From positions 93,088 through 157,087 of the forward strand of contig JAUVXW010000004.1 in assembly GCA_030603385.1 (NCBI GenBank): a stretch of 64,000 nt of DNA, in the 5' to 3' direction. The stretch is from Promethearchaeota archaeon. Its GTDB lineage: Archaea > Asgardarchaeota > Lokiarchaeia > Sigyniarchaeales > SOKP01. The position numbers were made by a program, and so were the translations under genes. The notes below the pieces were generated by a model, which was given only the letters and a program-made list of their open reading frames with translations, did no database searches and was not told where the DNA came from. The number at the start of each line of letters is the position of its first letter. Position 1 is the first letter of the stretch. Positions 63,717-64,000 of this stretch are shown here, piece after piece.

Positions 63717-64000
63717 ATGAAATCAAATACAAAATCAAAAAAAAAAAGTTTTCTTACTATAATAAGCCTTTTTATGCTTATTCTTTACATTTTCCCTTTA
63801 AGCATTAAGCCTTTTCAAGGAATTCATGTTGATTTGAATGAAAATAGTATAAATCATCTATATTCTAAAAGTTTAAAATTAGAAATTTCTGGATCGATAG
63901 TTGAAAATCCTATTTTTATTAATGGAAGTGCAACAGGTTTAACAGCGCATAATTGGACTTGGGCGGAGGAACAGGATTGGTGTAGCGGTTCAGGTACTTT
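63717..64000 (+). CDS. Secreted surface protein (NosD/parallel beta-helix type N-terminus), partial
   Basis: Signal peptide, then PIFINGSATG..AHNWTWAEEQDWCSGSGT. Open to the window end. Confidence 0.7.
   Translation, partial: MKSNTKSKKKSFLTIISLFMLILYIFPLSIKPFQGIHVDLNENSINHLYSKSLKLEISGSIVENPIFINGSATGLTAHNWTWAEEQDWCSGSGT

Overview
AT-rich archaeal chromosome segment. The Loki-type histone, fwd/hdr genes and longin-like and surface proteins suggest an Asgard archaeon (Lokiarchaeia-like). It carries class II ribonucleotide reductase, fwdG-F-D-B-C plus fdhD, hdrC/hdrB/hdrA and a second hdrB, a 2-oxoacid:ferredoxin oxidoreductase and a DapA-Fae fusion. It also holds a sulfur-relay cluster next to tRNA-Cys, four toxin-antitoxin pairs and a heavy-metal region (merA, copZ-like, P1B ATPase, mntP, FTR1). 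Main discovery: three 29-30 nt inserts interrupt two conserved protein-coding genes, two in a histone gene the ORF track missed (27960-27989, 28120-28149) and one in hdrB (43907-43935, minus strand). Each folds with its exons into an archaeal bulge-helix-bulge (BHB) or relaxed BHB splicing motif. Cutting by the tRNA-splicing-endonuclease rule restores the reading frame and plausible conserved residues in all three. This points to recurrent endonuclease-spliced mRNA micro-introns. Secondary findings are ATA/ATT start codons, a tRNA-Cys with a long variable arm, a duplicated 51-aa gene behind two TA pairs, and a TFIIB-like repeat/PD-(D/E)XK nuclease between hdrC and hdrB.
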